From Eimeria praecox (taxonomy: Eukaryota): a DNA stretch of 64,000 nucleotides. Numbering within the stretch: the stretch's first letter is position 1; every line of letters starts with the position of its first letter. Where the stretch lies: NCBI GenBank assembly GCA_963920595.1, contig OY986946.1, positions 2,914,001-2,978,000 of the forward strand. Reading direction: 5' to 3'. The position numbers were made by a program, and so were the translations under genes. Of this stretch, positions 59,309 through 64,000 are shown piece after piece. Below the pieces are notes generated by a model. It was not told the origin of the DNA. It worked only from the letters and a program-made list of their open reading frames with translations, and did not search any database.

Positions 59309-60057
59309 CTGCTGCAGCTGTTGGTGAAATCGTCTCTACTTCAAGTACATCGCGGCTCGTTTGTGAAGAGGGAGACAAAGCTATCTCTTATTGATCTTGC
59401 AGGTGCTGCAGCTAAGCTGTATATACACCTGAAGTCTAGATAGCTAGCTAGCTAGCAGCAGCAGCAGCAGCAGCAGCAACACTAGCAGCAGCAGCTGCTG
59501 CCGCAGGAGGAATCCTCTCGCTGGTTATGCTCTCTTTTTTTCGCTGTTGCTGCTGCAGCTGTTGCTGCTGCTGCTGTTGCTGCTGCAGCTGTTGCTGCTG
59601 CAGCTGTTGCTGCTGCTGCTGTTGCTGCTCTCCCTCTCTTGCTGCTGCAGCTGTTGCTGTTCTCCCTCACTTGCTGCTGCAGCTGTTGCTGCTCTCCTTC
59701 TCTTGCTGCTGCAGCTGTTGCTGCATTAGCTGTTTCTGCTGCAGCTATTGCTGCTCTCCCTTTCTTGCTGCTGCAGATATTGCTGTTGCTGCTGCTGCTG
59801 CTGCTGCTGCTGTTTGCTCAGGGTCTGAGAGGGCCTCAGCTACATTAAATAGAGGAGACAGACTCAAAGAAGGTTGCTGCATAAATCAATCTCTTCTCGC
59901 TTTAGCTAATTGTATTAACTCATTACATGTACGTCAAACAGCAGCAGCAGCAGCAGCAGCAGCAGGAGCAGCAGCAGCAGCAGGAGCAGGAGCAGGAGCA
60001 GCAGCAGCAGCAGCAGGTCCTCTCCCCACACCTCTCGCTCACCCGCATCTCCAACAT

Positions 60058-60089
<32 letters not shown>

Positions 60090-60101
60090 GCAACAGCAGC
60101 A

Positions 60102-60155
<54 letters not shown>

Positions 60156-60722
60156 GCAGAAGGTAGGAGGTATCTACGTAAATTATCGCGATTCTAAATT
60201 AACACATTTATTAAAAGATTCTCTCGAAGCAAACTGCAGAGTTATTATGATTGCCAATGTACACCCCAACGCGCATGCATTCCCAGGTTAATTGAACTGA
60301 TGATGATGATGATGATGATGATGCTGCTGCTGTTGTTGCTGCTGTTGATGGTGCTGCTGTTGCTGCTGCTGGTGATGGTGGTGGTGCTGCTGGTGATGGT
60401 GGTGGTGGTGGTGCTGTTGGTGATGGTGGTGGTGGTGGTGCTGTTGGTGATGGTGGTGGTGCTGTTGGTGCTGCTGTTGCTGTTGCTGCTGCTGTTGCTG
60501 TTTGTGGTGGTGTTGCTGCTGTTGTTGCTGGTGCTGCTGCTGGTGCTGCTGCCGACGATAGTGCTGCAGCAGCAGCAGCTGCTGCTGCTGCTGCTAGTGA
60601 TATATGTCTTCTCCTGCAGTTCGTGGAGCCGCTGAAACGTTTGTTGCTGCTGCTGCTGCTGCTTGTGCTGCTGCTGCTGCTGCTTGTGCTGCTGCTGTTG
60701 CTGCTTGTGCTGCTGCTGCTTG

Positions 60723-60756
<34 letters not shown>

Positions 60757-60838
60757 TGTGTATACTTTGATTTCTATTTAATCTATTGCGTTATCTGCTG
60801 CTTCCTTCTCATATCCTCCTTTCTCCTCCTGCTGTTGC

Positions 60839-60873
<35 letters not shown>

Positions 60874-61219
60874 TTGCTGCAGAGAGCAGCAACACGCTCA
60901 AGTATGCGAATAGGGCCAAGAACCTGAAGGTTCCTCTGTGTCTGCTGCGTACAGCAGCAGCGCAGCAGCAGACACCTGAGTCTGATCGATCTCGTTTGCT
61001 GCTGCTGCTGCACGAGCAGCAGCAGCAGGTGCAACAGCTGCAGCAGCAGATACAGCAGCAGCAGCAGCAGCTGCAGCATCAAGAACAGCAGATACGACAT
61101 CATAAAGAACTCGTTAAAACACAGCAGCAGCAGCTGCAGCTACTATGGTCGCAGAAGGCTCAGCTTGAAGACAGGCTAGCAGCAGCTTGCTGCTCGGGGG
61201 GATGTGGAGGTAGGAGAAA

Positions 61220-61261
<42 letters not shown>

Positions 61262-61268
61262 ACCCCCT

Positions 61269-61316
<48 letters not shown>

Positions 61317-61616
61317 GCAACAACAGCAGCAACAGCAACAGCAACAACAGCAGCAGCTGCAGCAGCTGCAGCTGCTGCTGCTGCTGCTGGAGGGAGAGCA
61401 GCAGAGAGAACGCCGCCTCGAAGTAAGAGGGACACACACACAGCAGCACCATCAGCTCCTGCTGCTGCTGCTCCTGCTGCTGCTCCTGCTGCTGCTGCTG
61501 CTGCTTCACCAGCAGCAACACCAGCGTCTGCTTGCTCCTCTCTAAGACGATCTCGGCGTCTCGCTAACGGCGGGGCGCCGAAGACCTGCCTCTGCGAGCG
61601 CTGTCATGACACCCCA

Positions 61617-61654
<38 letters not shown>

Positions 61655-61961
61655 AGCTGCTGCAGCAGGAGCAGCAGCAAGTGAGACTGCTAGTAGTGCT
61701 GAAGACAGATCAAACAGAAATGCAGACGCAGCTCGCCTCGTCAGCAGCAGCAGCAACAACAACAGCAGCAGCAGCAGCAGTAACGGCGCTGCCAGTCGCA
61801 GCAGCAGCAACAATAGCCGAAACAGCAGCAGCAGCAGCAGCAGCAGTAGCAGCAGCAGCAACAGCAGCAGCAATAATTTAGGTTGCAGGAAGAGAGGGAC
61901 TTGCGAAGGCGGGAGGAGCGGGAGCCCCGCTGAAGTAGCGTTGGAGCTGTCTATCCCTGTC

Positions 61962-62019
<58 letters not shown>

Positions 62020-62082
62020 GTGGACAGTTGCAGCTGCAGACGGAAGAGGCTACAATAGGAGCAGCAGCAGCAACAACAACAA

Positions 62083-62114
<32 letters not shown>

Positions 62115-62178
62115 ACAGCAGCAGCAACACAACCGTTCCGGCTGCCTCAGCTTGAGAGTCAGGGGCCCCCCGCGCCCC

Positions 62179-62218
<40 letters not shown>

Positions 62219-62643
62219 CAACAGCAGCACGAGCAGCAGCAAACCACACAGGAAAAGAAGGCGCCTCCGCAGCCACGAAGAGGATAGCAACCAGGCACCT
62301 TCACTAGAGAGCAACAGCAGCAGCAACTGCAGCAGCAGCAGCAGCAGCAGCACGACAACAGAAGCAAACGTCATAGCAGCAGCAGAAGGAGACACGGACA
62401 AGAGAGCTATGAGCACGGGGATGCTTCCGGGGTTTTCAAGCGAAGACACGATGAGCTGCAGCAGCAGCTGCTACCGTTGCAGCAGCAGCAACAGCAGCAG
62501 CAGCAGAAACAGCAGCAACAGCAGCAACAGCAGCAGCAGCAGCAGCAGCAGCGAGGCGGGTACGATGGCTTCCTGGACGGCTAAACCTTCGCCGACATTC
62601 TATACACCTGAAGGCTCTCCAGAAGAGCCAGCAGCAGCAGCAA

Positions 62644-62687
<44 letters not shown>

Positions 62688-62839
62688 ACAGCAGCAGCAA
62701 CAGCAGCAGCAGCAACAACAGCAGCAGCAACAGCAGCAGCAGCTATCGAAGAACCCGAAGGCATGATTGTAGAAACGCTTCAAGGACTTGCACTAAATGC
62801 TGCAGCAGCAGAAACAGATGCAGCAGCAGCAACAGCAGG

Positions 62840-62872
<33 letters not shown>

Positions 62873-63029
62873 AGATACAGGGCAAGCAGCACCTACAGCA
62901 GCAGCTGCTGCTGCTGCACCCAGCAGCAGCAGCGACTCAGCAGCTTCTGCTGCTCGACGTGCTGCTGCAGCACAGGCTGCTGCTGTAGGTGCCGCAGCAG
63001 CAGCAGCACCACGAAAAGATGCTGAAGCA

Positions 63030-63080
<51 letters not shown>

Positions 63081-63189
63081 ACAGCAACAGCAGCAGAAGC
63101 GAGAAGCTCTCGGGAGGAGCCCCAGCAACCCCGCAGCGGTCTGTGTGTCAAGCTGCTGCAGCAGCAGCAGCTGCTGCTGCAGCAGCACA

Positions 63190-63220
<31 letters not shown>

Positions 63221-63334
63221 ACAGCAGCAGCAGCAACAGCAGCAGCAACAGCGGCCGCAGCGTTCTGCTGCTGAGCTGTTTGGGATTCCCTCTGCTGCTG
63301 GAGCGCCCCACACCTTACGTTTACAGAGAAGACA

Positions 63335-63373
<39 letters not shown>

Positions 63374-63857
63374 GCGAAGCAGAGGCCGCGGTGCACTCGT
63401 ACGGGGACTGGAAAGCCGCCGCAGCAGCAGCAGCAGCAACAGCAGCAACAGCAGCAACAGCAGCAACAGCAGCAGCAACAGCAGCAGCAGCAGCAGCAAG
63501 AGAATTTCAAAGGCACAATTTGCTCATTGGAATCTCAGCAGCAGCAGCAGCAGCAGCAGCACACATCCTCCGAGCATAAAAGACAGCAGCAGCAGCAACT
63601 GCAGCAGCAGCAACTGCAGCAGCAGCAGCAGCATACGCAGCATGTCTAGCTGCCGCAGCCCATATAGCAGCACTAGCAGCATCGCTGAGAGACACGAAGC
63701 AGCAGCAAGCAGCAGCAAAAACACTAGCAGCAAACTCAGCAGCAGCAGCAGCAACAGCAGCAACAGCAGCAACAGCAGCAACAGCAGCAGCAGCAACAGC
63801 AGCAAACACAGCAGCCACACAAAACTGAAGGTGCCTCGCTTCTCCACTACACACTAA
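55412..63857 (+). CDS. Kinesin-8 family motor protein (KIF18/KIF19-like), multi-exon, long low-complexity tail
   Basis: [14 protein letters not shown]-loop [29 protein letters not shown], switch [13 protein letters not shown], switch [53 protein letters not shown] and [13 protein letters not shown] are present. The first exon and start are uncertain. Confidence 0.92.
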
Positions 63858-64000
63858 AATGCAGCGCTAGCAAATGCTGCTGCTGCTGCTCCTGCTGCTG
63901 CTGCTGCAGCTGCAGCAGCAGCAGCAGCAGCAGCTGGTGTTGAATCTCTGCTGCAGCTACTACTGATACTGCTGCAGCAGCTGCTGCTGCAACAGCAGCA

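Overview
Eukaryotic, intron-rich apicomplexan (coccidian) genomic DNA with the hallmark Eimeria repeat landscape: (CAG/CTG)n tracts, interstitial telomere-like (AAACCCT/TTTAGGG)n arrays, (TAGC)n, TGCATGCA and AT microsatellites. Most ORFs in the six-frame track are repeat artefacts. By reading GT-AG boundaries by hand I reconstruct eight genes: PPi-dependent phosphofructokinase (-, runs off the left edge), an M3 zinc oligopeptidase (-), mRNA cap guanine-N7 methyltransferase (+), organellar ribosomal protein bL32 (+), a Gly/Pro-rich RRM protein (+), COG2 (-), tubulin cofactor E (+) and a kinesin-8 (+). The most striking observation is that three genes carry tandem intronic copies of their own exon ends together with the splice site, and the copies differ from the functional exon almost only by synonymous or third-position changes (9 of 9 distinct changes in the cap methyltransferase gene). 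Also notable are a catalytically degenerate Cet1-like RNA triphosphatase domain fused to the cap methyltransferase, telomere-like repeats oriented relative to splice sites, and telomere repeats translated as TLNP motifs. All gene calls come from motif recognition by eye; no database search was run.
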